Shown here piece by piece: positions 1 through 12,457 of a DNA stretch of 64,000 nt. The notes below the pieces were generated by a model that was given only the letters and a program-made list of their open reading frames with translations, searched no databases and was not told where the DNA came from. Each line of letters opens with the position of its first letter. Position 1 is the first letter of the stretch. The translations under genes were made by a program, and so were the position numbers. The stretch lies in contig MU058384.1 in assembly GCA_013265495.1 (NCBI GenBank), forward strand, positions 5,948,792 to 6,012,791, read 5' to 3'. This DNA is from Vicugna vicugna. Its lineage: Eukaryota.

Positions 1-519
1 TTAGAGACATTATGACAACATTTCAATTTTTAGCAGCTTTATTGAGGTATAATTTACATACCACAAAATTTGTTTCGTATTTGGCATAGCATGGAAACAG
101 GTACCCAACGAAGGGACCTAACTTTGACTTTACTGTTAACAGCTATACATGAAGTGTTTGAAAGAGGAACAGTAAGTATTTTCTGAAAGGTACTTCTGAA
201 AAGCACTTTTGAAAACCTAATGGAGTAAGATGACTAGTTCCTTGTAGTTTCTACTGGGGTTTCTTATGAAGAGAACACTGCAGTCTGTTCTAGGAAGGCT
301 GTAATAGAAAGTTGGCTGCTTTTTTTTTTTTTATCTCAGTAACGCCTGAGTGAGAAATTATGCTCCTACTGTGATCTGTTTACACAGACACTAGATATAA
401 TCCCGCCCCTAATCTCCCAGGTTACATTAAGCATGAGGAAAGAGGGAAAAAATGAACACCAATACTAGCAGGCTAGAAAACAAAGACAATAATATATAGC
501 AGGGAAAATTATACGAACT

Positions 520-1260
520 GTAGTTATATGCAATACTATAGATGAGTCACAGGAACATAATGTTGAATGCAAAACCAAGCCATAGAAGACTGCATATACT
601 ATGATTGTTTAGGGATATATGTATATGTAATATACAATAATAGATAATGTGTATATATATAAAATAAATTACATAGAAACATATGGGAATGTTGAACGCA
701 AATTCGGAATAGTGATTTTTATCTAGGGTTAATAAAAGGATGTGACCGAGGAAACACAAATAAATTCACTGGTGTTGGCAATGTTCTAGGTTTCTATCTC
801 GAATGGTGGTTCCGAGTGTTTGTCTTAGTCCATTCGGGCAGCTGTAATACAATACCACAGACTGGGTGGCTTAGAAACAAGAGAAATTAATTTCTCACAG
901 TTCTGGAGGTTGGGAGGTCCAAGGTCAAGGCACTTGTGGCAGATTTTGGGTCTGGTGATAGCCTGCTTCCTGGTTCCGTCTTTTTACTGAGTCCTTACAT
1001 GGTGGAGGGGGCTACGGAGCTCTGTAGGGTCTTTTTATAAGGTCACTAACCCCATTTATGACAGTTCTGCTCTCATGACCTAATCACCTTCCCTAAACCC
1101 CACCACCAAATGCCATCATGTTGGGTGCTGGCTCTCAACATACAGATTTGCAGGGGAAACAAATATTCAACTTAGAGTAATATTTTAATTACTATGTTTC
1201 ATAACTTACATATGTATTGCATACTTTTTTAATGTGTATCGATAATTATATAATTATATC
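520..1260 (+). mobile_element. Old L1 (L1ME/L1MD-like) 3' end, interrupted by an MLT1A LTR
   Basis: Resembles L1M 3' UTR (gatgagtcacaggaacataatgttgaatg...; gcaatgttctaggtttctatctcgaatggtggtt) and resumes after 1180 (actatgtttcataacttacatatg). Confidence 0.65.
821..1179 (-). mobile_element. MaLR solo LTR, MLT1A/MLT1A0-like
   Basis: Starts tgtcttagtccattcgggcagctgtaatacaataccacagactgggtggctta and contains ctcatgacctaatcacct, the reverse complement of the MLT1A LTR; about 360 bp. Confidence 0.85.
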
Positions 1261-1799
1261 ATTGCATGGTACAAACCATGAAATAAATCCAATACAACCC
1301 CATGAGTTTTATGAAGTTCCTTAACTTACGTCTTCTTAAATGACATAGAAACAGTTCATAAGTCATTCTTTGATAGTATTGAATATTTCAAATGTTAGCA
1401 TTCAAAAGAAAATATACTCTCCACTTTCCAGCTGTCTGCCAGGGAGAACCACCTACTGAAAATGATAACTTCAGTGAGGGCAAAGAATTTTTTACCGACA
1501 ATGTTTTTGGAGTTCATTGCCTTTGGGATTGATTACTCAGTTCTCTTTCTCATTCACCTTTCAGGACTTTTCACTACTCATTAAGCACCTCCATTAGAGA
1601 GGAGGGCAAGGAAAGGAGAGGAGGTGAAATTCAAACCTCCCAGTGTTATTTCAGTGTTGGTTAGCAAGCTGTGCTGGTAAGAGCTATAGGATAGACACTG
1701 AAGTTAATGGCCATGCTTAAAAAATTTTTTGTTGTTTATGAAATTGGCTTTAAGATGTTCTTTCATTTAGAGTTCCAAATAAAAATAAGCTTTTTGATG

Positions 1800-2130
1800 A
1801 GTCTTGCATCAAGAGACAGAAAACCCATCATGATTTAAACAAAGGGGAATTTATTTGCTCTTATCGTACGAAGTCCAAGGGCATCGTTGGTTCAGCATAT
1901 TGAGGATTAGTGCTCAGATTCATTGCTAGAACATAGCCCATGTTTCTCCTCTGCCTTCTGCTAGGTTATTTCTGTATCGGGGGCAGATGAAATCAGAATT
2001 GCTTCCTGAAGTTCCAGTTACACCTCTTCCATGAATAAACTCAGTTGAAAAAAAGAAGAGGGAATGCTCGTCTCCCAAGCTCCAACAAAAGGTCTCATGG
2101 CAACTCAGTGACTCTGATAGGCTCACAGAA
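1800..2130. mobile_element. Old MaLR LTR (MLT1K/MLT1L-like)
   Basis: caagagacagaaaaccc...ttaaacaaaggggaatttatttgctc...aagtccaaggg resembles late MLT1 consensus. Confidence 0.55.
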
Positions 2131-2646
2131 CACTTTACAAACTTAACCTTCATGGTCATTTCCATATGACTCTGTCTCACAGGCAGCATATCCGAAACTA
2201 AGCTCTTTGCTTTCGCCTTCAAACCAACTTCTCTGTGTCCATGTTGGTAATTGATGAGAAGGAAGAATTGGGAGGACTGTGACCAGACTTTTCAGAGGAT
2301 TCCAGCCTGATCAAACCAGTCCAGGCACAAGTTAGGCAAGATAATGATAAAGCAAAACCTTTTTAAAAATCTTAAAAAAACAAACATCAAACAGAGAACA
2401 TAACTAAGGTTGTGAAGTATCAAAAATTATTTGCCAGAGCCTTGAATTCTTTGAAAAATTATGATGTTTAAAATCCAGCCATCCAAAAGGGCTCGTTTAG
2501 ATCATCTTTGGTGCGGGTTCAAGTCATCTTGGACTGTGTGACCAGACACTGTGCCTATACAATCGGTCAGTGGGTCAATAACTCAGGTTAACCTTGGCTG
2601 GTCTGAAGAAATAGCCTTTCTTCTCCAAGTCTTGTAATATTATAAG

Positions 2647-2923
2647 AAGGCTGATAGTCAGCTGGTAAGTACAGTGATGGCTATAGCAGTGGTTAAAGTT
2701 GAAATATTTTTGTTCAGGTTGGTAAATACCCCAGCTCTGCCACGTGCCTCCTTAATCCTCCCTGGCACTTCCGCAGATCTCCCCTGATTTATCTACTGGA
2801 GGGCTTATGCCTGGGACAACTGAAGAGATGGCGGAGAGGGAGGTTGGGAGCGTGGTTCGGCACTGCAGGCATCCACTTCTGCCCGGTCAACAGTACAAGT
2901 TGTAAGATATTTTAAATATCATC
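2647..2923 (-). mobile_element. hAT-Tip100-like non-autonomous DNA transposon (Arthur1-like)
   Basis: Degenerate inverted termini (aaggctgatagtcagctgg ... aagatattttaaatatcatc) and subterminal gttgaaatattt...ggttggtaaa motif. Confidence 0.45.
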
Positions 2924-3859
2924 TGTCTAGAACTTGGAAAATTATTTTCAAAGTGAGCATAAATATAGAGAGGATGAAGAAGCTAATTTAAATTCATGGT
3001 GTTAATACATTTTAATTCACTTAAGTACAGAAGGAAGTTCGGTAATCGTGATCATCTGTGTGAGTTGTTTTTGAAGTGTTTAAATATATGTAATGTATTA
3101 ACTTTGTGATTTAAATTAAATGAGATTTTTGATTTAAGTACATTTGAAATTATTACTGAAATGGTGGAGTTACTTTTGCTAAGTTATGGGTTTTGATTTA
3201 TTGCTTGTATAGTAGTGTTTTCTGTTAATAGAACTGTAAAATCAATAAACGGATCAATGTACAAAGTACAAACAACAGAGATTATTCTTGTTTAAGAAGG
3301 GCTCTTCTTAAATATACAAAATAAGGCTCTCAACACCTGTAACATCCCAGGCTTGCTGTGCATCCCTCAGGCTCCCTTTCCAGTCTGCAAACGTACATTA
3401 GAACCTTCCTTCCACGTGTCAAGTAACACACAAGGCCCTGTGGATTTTATCCTTCACATGCCTCTTGTTCATCTTCATCTCCGTCTCGTTCATCAGGTCG
3501 GAATGCACATACTTAGCTGGCCACAGCACACTGCTTAGGGCCGCAGGCTGTCGTCACAAACTGCAATCAGCAGGTACGATGTTGGATTTTTTTTTCCCTT
3601 CCTTTCGTTTCACACGTTTCAAACTCAGGCATTTTTCTGCTAAAGCTACTTCATAGATTTAAATTTCTGCTCTGAATATAAGAGTTTGGTTTGTTGATTG
3701 CAAAATAGACAGATCTAAAGCAGAAAGAGAACTTTAGTTTATCGTGACCTTTGCCTTCTTTCCATGAACTGGCTGCTGGAGAGGAATGGTACCTGTGAGA
3801 GACAAGGTAGCACAACCAGGTTTGGTGCCAGATGGATAGATTGTTTCAGGACTGTGTCT

Positions 3860-4010
3860 CCCTGGCTGTATGACCTTGGGTGTGATTAACCTCTCTTAGT
3901 TTCATAGGATTATTATGAGGATGAAGTAAGATTATACACACATACACACACAAACACACACACACAAATTAGCACATCCTAAGTGATCAATGAGCATGGA
4001 CTCTTGCTAT
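3860..4010 (+). mobile_element. MIR SINE with internal (CA)n
   Basis: ggctgtatgaccttggg...ttaacctctct...ggattattatgaggatgaa MIR core; CA repeat at about 3935-3966. Confidence 0.7.
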
Positions 4011-4789
4011 CACACATTGTATCTTGTGTTTCTTGTATGCTCCAGGTTATGGTTCTTTTTCCTTTTCTGTAAGTAAAATATGTTACTTGTCTGATCATTT
4101 AGTTGTATATTTCAACCTAGTTTCTAGAGAAATTAATCATTATCATCTGTGCAATGTGAATTTTAAGTGAATTGTAAGCTGTCAGTTCCCATCCTATATG
4201 TTTGAGCAAACCCATTTACCATGAAAATCTCTATATTTTCATGGCATGATTATAAAGCCATGGCATTAATTTTACATTTTAATCAACCTTGACTAACACA
4301 CCAACTTTAGGGCAGTTAAAATATTTGAGTTCTTAAGATCTTTATAACACAGTTGGATATGTATCATTGTTATAATTTTGATGAAACCATATTAAGCTGT
4401 GTTATACAGTTATAAGAGCACCTTTCTACCATGACATTTAAAGAAGTCCAAAGCAAAGAAGTATATTAGAAAAATCTGTGTCCTGTGCCTTTTAAAGGAC
4501 CAAGTTTCATCGTGATAATGTTTTACATTTCTTCAACGCATTTGATAGTTTTATAGAAATGTAAGTTTATATAATCTTTTAATAATTCCTTCTGCATTTA
4601 TTATTAAGAATTTATAAAATTATAAATCATTTCATCAATATTAACCTCCCAAAGTATTATTTTTATTTAAAAGGCAGTACCAATGATTTACACCAAGATG
4701 TGAAGGACTGGCTGATTTACTCTCAGAAACTGCTTGTTTATTAAAAGCAAATGTGGTCATTTGAAAGACTTCTGATTCTAAGGCAAAGA

Positions 4790-4975
4790 ACTACTGTGTG
4801 CCAGGCGGGTGAGTGCTTGGCATGTGTCATCACATTTAACCCTCATAAAAATGTTTCTAGGTAGATGTTACATCCCTTTATAGACATAAAACTAGTACTT
4901 AGAATGATTATCTGCCCAAGTTCATTCATTCAGAAGCAGGGAGAATTTGATGGAATCCGGGTTTTTCTGACTGAT
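4790..4975 (-). mobile_element. MIR SINE
   Basis: ctactgtgtgccaggc...catttaaccctcataa...ctgcccaagttca. Confidence 0.7.
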
Positions 4976-5319
4976 ATTTCTTCGCTGCCTTACACTGCTT
5001 CCTAATCATCCCTTTCAGATAGAAATACTTCTCAGTGGGGAAGCTTCTGGGCACCTTTCTTGTCAGATGAAATGGGTTCTCTCATAGGCAGATTCTTGGG
5101 GATCCATCTTTTTATAATTGTTCGAACAGTTTAAGGGACATGGCTGGTATATTTGTGATGTCTGCAGATGCCTATATTAGCTGCATAGGTATGTGTAATA
5201 AATTCTCAATTATGTTCATGTTATCATGAGTCTCAAAACTAAGATAATCCTGTTCCCAAGGGTATCTCTGTTCCCAAGCCATGGATACAGAGCACATGAG
5301 CCCCATTCCTCTAGAACAG

Positions 5320-5700
5320 CATCAGCTACAGAAGTCAGAAACCCAGGACTGATTCTTGACCCCTCTTTCTCTCTCACCTTCCATAGAGGATAATCCATCA
5401 CCAAGTTCTGTTGATTCTGTCTTCTAAAATGCTATGGAATCCATTCCCTTCCTTCATCTTCCCAGCCAACATGATTGTTCAATCCCTTACCTTAATAACT
5501 GCAACTGGATTTGTTCAAAGTGTCCCCCCACATCCTTTCTTGCCCCTCTCCATCCATTCTTCATGGTACAGCCAGAGTGATCTTTGGAAACATGAATCTA
5601 ATAAATTCAGCTCTCTGTTTAAAAGCCTTTGCTTCTCATCATTTTCCCCCCTGGATATCATGCTTTTCATTGCTCTTAAGTTAAAGTCAAATTCTAGCTT
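5320..5700 (+). mobile_element. L2 LINE fragment
   Basis: cagaaacccaggactgattcttgacccctctttctctctcacc...cagccagagtgatcttt, typical L2 3' region. Confidence 0.75.
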
Positions 5701-6800
5701 TTGATGGGAGGTAGCTTTGAGCGAGGCACATATGCTGATGTGGTGATACAGAAAGGAGTAGTGTCTTCCATGCCTTTTCTCACAGCTTGATATTACGAAA
5801 ATTTTCTGTGAAATGCAATGGAAATAAAAACAGATAGTTTTGTAGAAAAATATGATATAGTAAAACGCAAACTAGATGAGGCAGATGGAGACTAATAGTC
5901 CTTAGAAGAAATTGAAAAGTTGTCAAGACTTTCCATCACACTCCTCACCAAAAAAGCAACAAAACTAGATAATTTTGTCATGGAACTCTATAGGCTCAAA
6001 GAAACAGATAACTACATTATTACTTACATAGTTCAAAGGCTAGAGAGAAAAAAAGTTTTCAAGTTTTTTTTTATGAAGCTAGTATCACACTGATATCAAA
6101 TTTTTAAAATGCTATTATAATTGAGCTTGTAACAGACATTCACCCTACTCAAGAACTCTAGTCCATTTTTGTGCAAACCTTTGCAAAGATCTAACCAAAA
6201 TTTGAGTGAACAGAATTAAGCATCATATGAACAGACTAATATGATACGTAGAAGTGCTCTTATACGCTTTTGTATGTGTGAATACAATGATATTTAATAT
6301 TAGGAAACCATTAATATATTCATTATGTTAATAGGTCACAGGAGAAAAACCCCACAGAGTCATGTCTGTATGTGCTAAAGTAACTTGATAAAATTTAACA
6401 TCCCCTCATTTAAAAAAATCCTGTTATGATATGACTAAATAGAAACTTCTGTAATGTGACAAAGACCTGTGATGACGAACTAGACACATTATCATTGAAG
6501 TTAAGGACAAAAAATTTATATTATCTCTATTATTATTCATGGTCGCTCTGGAAGTCTTAGTCCTAGTCTAGAAGACAAGGCAATTATGCAAGAGGAAGAA
6601 ATGAGTCAGTAAAACTGCACAGGAGAAGGACAATGTATAATTATTTTCAGATGATAAAACTACATATGTGGGCAACTGAAGGGAGCCAACTGAAAAGTTA
6701 CAGAAGGAAAAAGAGGATAAAGATGGCAGTTTGTAAATTGATATATAAAATCAGCAATTTTCTTAATACAAGGAATAATCTGCTAAAAAATAAAAAAGAA

Positions 6801-6863
6801 CTGAAAAATTGTGCTCTACACTGGAAACTGATGCAACATTGTAAACTGACTATAACTCAATAA
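6801..6863 (+). mobile_element. Young, severely 5'-truncated lineage-specific L1 3' tail
   Basis: tgctctacactggaaactgatgcaacattgtaaactgactataactcaataaa, flanked by an exact 16-bp TSD aaaaaataaaaaagaa (6785-6800 and 6864-6879). Confidence 0.8.
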
Positions 6864-6959
6864 AAAAAATAAAAAAGAAGAAAAGGTTCCATTGACAGTA
6901 ATAATAACAACAAAGAATTATACACTTAGGAGAATCAAAAAGCAATATCCAATAATAGA

Positions 6960-7135
6960 AATATGCCTTCGGCACTTACCATTGCTATACATTGTTGTAA
7001 GTGCTTTGAGGAGTTTCTTGTTTCATTCTCAGTACAACCCTCTGCAGCAGGCGCTGTTATTATTTCTGTTTCGCTCATGAGAAAAGGGAGATACGAAGTG
7101 TTCGTGTAACTCACTCAAGATTACATAAGCTTGGG
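6960..7135 (-). mobile_element. MIR SINE
   Basis: gcacttaccat...taagtgcttt...acaaccct...gtaactcactcaagattacataagct. Confidence 0.65.
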
Positions 7136-7742
7136 AGCATGTACTTTGAATTAATAGAATATAATTCCTCCTGGGCAGTGTAATACTCATTGAGGAACAT
7201 TTTTTTTTTTAATTGGAAAAGAAAATCCACTCTAAAAACTAATATTGCTCTTGGTCTGAAGACTCAATATTTTGAAGACATCAGCTCTCACTATTTAATT
7301 AATAAATGTAATGTAATATCAATAAAAATGTGAAGGAAAAATTTTAAGTTAGATAAGCTGGATCTTATATTGCCAGATATACTCCACGAAAGAATAAGTA
7401 ATAAAGTAATAAGGGAGGAATGGTGCCCTATATTAAAATATAGTATAAATTTATATTAATTTGAATAATTGTGTGTTGGCACTTGAATAAACAAACACAT
7501 TACTGGAACAATATAAGGAGTCTAGAAATCCAAATATAAATGAAAACAATTTCTGAAAAAAGGTGATATTTCAAGTCAATGGGAAAATTCATTCCTTGAT
7601 AAATTGTTAGGTCAAATAGGCTGTATCCCTACTTCACTGCTTGAATTCAGATAAATTCTAAGTGAACTAAAGATTTCAAAGTAAAAAGTTAAAGCTGTGA
7701 AACTAGTAGAAGAAAAGTGAGAAACTTTTTAAAAATGTAATT

Positions 7743-7745
<3 letters not shown>

Positions 7746-7779
<34 letters not shown>
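7746..7779. repeat. (GT)17 microsatellite
   Basis: Perfect alternating GT tract. Confidence 0.97.
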
Positions 7780-7781
<2 letters not shown>

Positions 7782-8079
7782 GGAGGGGCTTTCCAAGCAA
7801 ACATAAAACCCGAAAGCCATGAAAAAAAAGACTGATAAATGTGCTTACAAACACATTTTAAATATAAGCAAAATCAAAAAAGATATCAAATAGAAAAAAA
7901 TATTTGGAAATATATGATAGAAAGAGGGCTTATTTCCTTAATATATTAAGAACTTTGTGAACCCATATGGAAAAAGTCAACAACTCCAACAGCAACACAG
8001 ATTAAAAACATGAAAAGGAAGACATTTTCTACCACATAACTTTTTGTATTTTAAAATTTCGTATATATAATATAAAACT

Positions 8080-8660
8080 TTTGAACAAAAATGGAGAATA
8101 TCATTACTCTGTGATAAACCACCTGCACACATATCTTCTCAAATATTTTCTATGAATATTTTTTTCACAAAACATTGAATTGTGTTTTACAATAATCTAT
8201 TTTGTTATCTTACACATTATAAATATCTGCATGTCACTAAGTGGTCTAGGATACAACTAGATGGCAAAATCATTTTTCCTGTTGTACATATTTGTCCCCA
8301 GTTTTTTGTTACTGTGAGTATTCCTTAATTAAAATCTTTGTTCCCATGTCATTAATTCTTTATGTCAAACAAATTCCCTGAAATAAAATTGCTAGGTTAA
8401 AGGGCACATGTATTTCAATCTTTTAAATAATAATTTGGAACATTCTTAGATTGTTCTAATTATACTTTCTCAGTGTTTGGGAGGAGCTGTTTCACTAACT
8501 TCTTGTCAAAATTGTGTATTACCATTTTAAGAAATGTTGACTAATTAGATCATTGGAAAAAGTACCTTATTGTTGTCTTAATGTTATATAAATAATTACT
8601 AATGAGATTGAATTTTATTTAATACATATACTGACTTTTTTTTTTTCCTTTGTGATTCTA
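8080..8660 (-). mobile_element. Old L1 (L1ME-like) fragment
   Basis: aaattccctgaaataaaattgctaggttaaagggcacatg...ttactaatgagattgaa, antisense L1 ORF2 end/3' UTR. Confidence 0.65.
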
Positions 8661-10049
8661 GACATCTACTTACAGGAAATAAATGCTGTGTCTGGCTAAA
8701 ATAACTTTTTGGACTAGAAACAAATGATCTGATCATTTTAATTTCCATAATCACTAGAGTAGATATTCCTGCAATCAGTTTAAGGATAGAATAAGGAATT
8801 CTTGCCATCAGTTACAAACAGTATCTTAACTGAACTCTTAAGTAGTTACAATTAGTCAGAGAAACTACATATGCAGATTAATGAAGCAGTCATACAAGGA
8901 GAAATGCCAGTGAATCATCACAAAATTTGGATAGTTCTCCAGCGTTTTTGCTGGTGGTAAAGTTTTCAACCTCTTTCTATACTTTTTTCTTATGATTTCT
9001 TTCCATAGTAAACCTGATCATCTAAAACTCTCCCTTCAACGGAGTTGGTTTCATTTCCAGCAGTCAAAGGAAGACACAAACAGCTCGGTGTTACATAGTC
9101 AATTAAACCAAGGTGGAAGAGGGGGAGGGTGGGCACAGTGATAAATGAGCAGTCATTTCAATGTTTTCTTTCCAGAAGAAATCAGAGCCAGATTACACAT
9201 TATCTCGCCCTGACTTTTAGCAAGATAGATAGCCACGCAGCATTTTCAGGTTCAAATAGTCTCCATCAAAAGAACTAAAACTCTCATCTTCTGGCCACAC
9301 TGAACTTTCATATTTTTAACTGAAAGGATTCGATTTCTTTTACTCAATAAGAAAGAATTTATTTAAATGACTCTCCCAGTCTTCGGTCTTTAACCAAAAT
9401 AAAGGCAAACAATGAAAGAAATTAACATCAGCGCTTGATGCAGAGCTTTTTAGAGATGGTCCAAAAAGTGCTGTTTCAGATTCTGAAAGCAATCATTTTA
9501 CTTGTTATCAGTAGTCCGAGTTCCTGTCCAGAATTTCGTATTTTAGCTGTCTAGTCTTAGATCCCTTGCAGTACTGTAATACATCGTTGGCCTTAAAGCT
9601 GAGGCAACAATCACATTAAAAGCATATACTGTCGGAAAAATAATTCCTTTTGATTGCATCTCAAGTTAGAAATTCACCTATTTGTCGGTCAGTATTTCTT
9701 TTTAAAAGATTTTTATGTATTACTATAACGATAATTTCTAATGAATAAATTAAGAGCAGAAATATGGAGCGAATGAATTGGGCGGTGGTTTGTTCTTTTC
9801 TCGTTGGGGATGTCAACTGTAAAAGCAAAAGTTGTAGGCTTTTGGAGAGGATCTACTGCAGAATCGGTGACACCAGGGTCTAAGTTATCTTCAGTTAAGA
9901 GCCAATAAGTACATTATGGTCGCCTTCCGTATGAGGTGGAATTAAATTTCAGGTTCAAATCGTTTGTCAGCGCTCTAGAAAATCCAAACGACCTTTCTGA
10001 TATATGAGCCGGATGTTGCCAGACCGTATGATTTTTACCAAGGTGGACC

Positions 10050-10700
10050 CTCCACTGTGGGCTCAGGACTGGGTCACCTGCAGGGCAGATCGCAGATTTG
10101 GTGACTTTCCCGGAACCTGGGGGAGAACGTGCCGCCGGAGAGTGAGCGGAAATCTTCCCTGAAAGGGCCGGGCGGCGGCAGCCCGAACCCCTCCAGCCGG
10201 GAGAGGGCACCCCGGCGGGCTGGGGCCGGTAGCCGGCCGCCGCGCGTCCGCAGGTGGACGTGCGCCTCTCCGCGGCGGTGCGCGCCCTCGTGGGTCGGGA
10301 GCAGGTGGGAGGATCCCGCCTTCCGCCCCGGCACCGCCCGGGGTCACAAGGATTGTTCTCTCTTGCACTGCCCAGTCAATTTGTCAAGGTCCTGCATCGG
10401 ATAAATAGCTGTCTCCCCAGACCTGTACAGTGACTAATCCAAATAAATTGCAGTCACTTATATTGAGCGCTTCAGCGGGCAGCCGGGCTTTAATGGCCCT
10501 GCCTCCCAGACCTCCAGGGAAGACTCGCCGCGGCCTCTGCGCGCACCTCGACGCCCCTGGCCTGCCCCCGAGCCTCTGTCTCCCCTTTCGCGACTTGGGG
10601 CCAGTGAGAGCAGTGGCACCCCAGTCCCAGCACGCTGACACGGTCTGCCCTCTGGGGTCCCAGGACTGAATAGCGAGGATAAAGCCTCTCGTCATCCTTG
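10050..10700. promoter_or_regulatory. CpG island (promoter or orphan CGI), CpG-rich shores about 9.75-11.25 kb
   Basis: Abrupt rise in GC and CpG density; GC boxes (gggcgg about 10170, ccgcccc 10323), TGCGCGCA 10538-10545, GGCCAATCA at 10839-10847; no convincing coding frame. Confidence 0.85.
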
Positions 10701-11815
10701 GGGGTTGTCTGGGATTTTATCCCTTTGGCCTGGTTGTCTCTCCTCTGGGATCTTGTTTACCCCCCGCTTTCCATCCCTTCCCCTGCTGCTCTAAGCCTCA
10801 GAAATTTGAAATATCTTCCGCAGCTCACTTGAGCTTTTGGCCAATCAATCGTATCTTACCGATTTCCCCCGAGACCTTTAAAACTTTGATCCCCAAACGT
10901 ACAGCTCCATCTCCCCTACTCCCATCCTTCCCCTCTGGGATTCTTCTGGGTGCCTGCTCAAAATACCTGCTGGCGCCAGAGGAAATTCACTTGTAACAGA
11001 TACTCAGCGGGTGTAAAACCAACACTCGGCTTCCAGGGTCACGTTCCTCCCAACCTTCTGCCCCATCAACTTGTCGTTTAGTGAGCGCCAACACCCGGAA
11101 TTATTGTGAATCCTGAGTGCAGGGCTGGACGATTTGGAACCACTTTAATAGACCTGATGATTGCTATTTAACACGTTGCTTCCGGGACTCTGCTCCGAAC
11201 AGCCCTGGATTCTTGGCGTCGTGAAATTAACATGAGGCCCAGGATTGGTCCACAGGTAGCTTTTATAAAGGGATCTAGTAGGTCTTCAAACAAACTCCAA
11301 ACCATCTAAAGTAAAAAAGAACTATTCCATTGGCTTCCAAAATCGTTATTAGGAAAAGGCAGAAAAATGTCACATTTTATTTTGGTAATAATCAAACTGC
11401 TAGAAAGATTTAGCACGTAACATAATGTTACAATGGATTTACTTCCAGGTATCATTTACATTTCATGTGTGAGGTGAATCATTCATGAAAACATCCATGT
11501 TCTATGAATGTTCACCACCCGGAGGTTGAGAGAAATGATAAATATAAGGGGAGACTTTCTTTTCCTAAACGTTTCTAAGAATGTCAAGTGTGTTTTATTT
11601 GAACAAGTAAAATCATTATTATAAGATTTCTTTTCACAAAAGCAAAATCTAATAGTCCAGAAATAAAATGTTTTTGCCTGTTACCAAATCTTATTTTTCA
11701 ATTTCCTTATCTAATATTTCATTTGTTTCAAATTTTACTCTTTGCAAATCATTTGGCATGCCTATGATTATAATGCCAGGCTCTTAAGCTTTATAAAACA
11801 CTGAAAAGAAAGTAT

Positions 11816-12207
11816 TTTTTCTTTTTTTAATTGAAGTATAGTCAATTTACAATGTGTTAGTTTCTGGTGTACAGCATAGTGATTCATTTATACATAAATA
11901 TATATTCCTTTTCCTATTCTTTTTCATTATAGGCCATTACAAGGTACTGAATATAGTTCCCTGTGCTATACAGTAGGACCTTGTTGCTTATCTATTTTAT
12001 ATAGTAGAGTGTATCTACAAATTCTGAACTCTCAATTTATCCTTCACCACTCTCTTTACCCCCTGTAACCATAAGTTTGTTTTCTACATCCATGAATCTG
12101 TCTGTTTCATAAATAAGTTCATTTGTGTCTTTTTTTTTCTGTTTTAGATTCCACATATAAGTGATATCATATGATATTTTTCTTTCTCTTTCTGGCTTAC
12201 TTCACTT
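11816..12207 (-). mobile_element. Cetartiodactyl/camelid-type L1 3' end
   Basis: T-tail then aattgaagtatagtcaatttacaatgtgttagtttctggtgtacagcatagtgattca...cttacttcactt; degenerate TSD tgaaaagaaagtat / tgaaaatagagtat. Confidence 0.85.
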
Positions 12208-12222
12208 TGAAAATAGAGTATA

Positions 12223-12457
12223 CTGAAAATGATTGTCTTTCAATGGTGTGGATGTGGAGTTATTGTCCACTTGGCTCTTCCTTTGTTCTGCAATGAAAAT
12301 AGAGTATATGCTGTGTTTATATCGCTAAACATTTAAATTTGTTGGAGAGATAGTGTATACTCGTGGGTATTTTATTTGAAAAGTCACCTGAAAATGATTG
12401 TCTTTCAATGTTGTGGATGTGGAGTTATTGTCCACTTGGCTCTTCCTTTGTTCTGCA
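12223..12457 (+). repeat. 70-bp direct repeat (12223-12292 and 12388-12457, 1 mismatch)
   Basis: Direct comparison of the two copies. Confidence 0.97.

Larger units (their letters stand above)
5830..8030 (+). mobile_element. Old L1 ORF2 remnant (L1ME-like) with nested MIR, young L1 tail and (GT)n
   Basis: A-rich; gaagaaattgaaaa, tttatgaagctagtatcacactgatatcaaa, gaagactcaatat, gggcttatttccttaatatat are L1 ORF2 landmarks; no open frame. Confidence 0.75.

Noticed and set aside
9914..10695. Six overlapping ORFs in the CpG island
   Set aside because: Pro/Arg/Gly-rich frames are expected from stop-codon scarcity in GC-rich DNA; none resembles a known protein.
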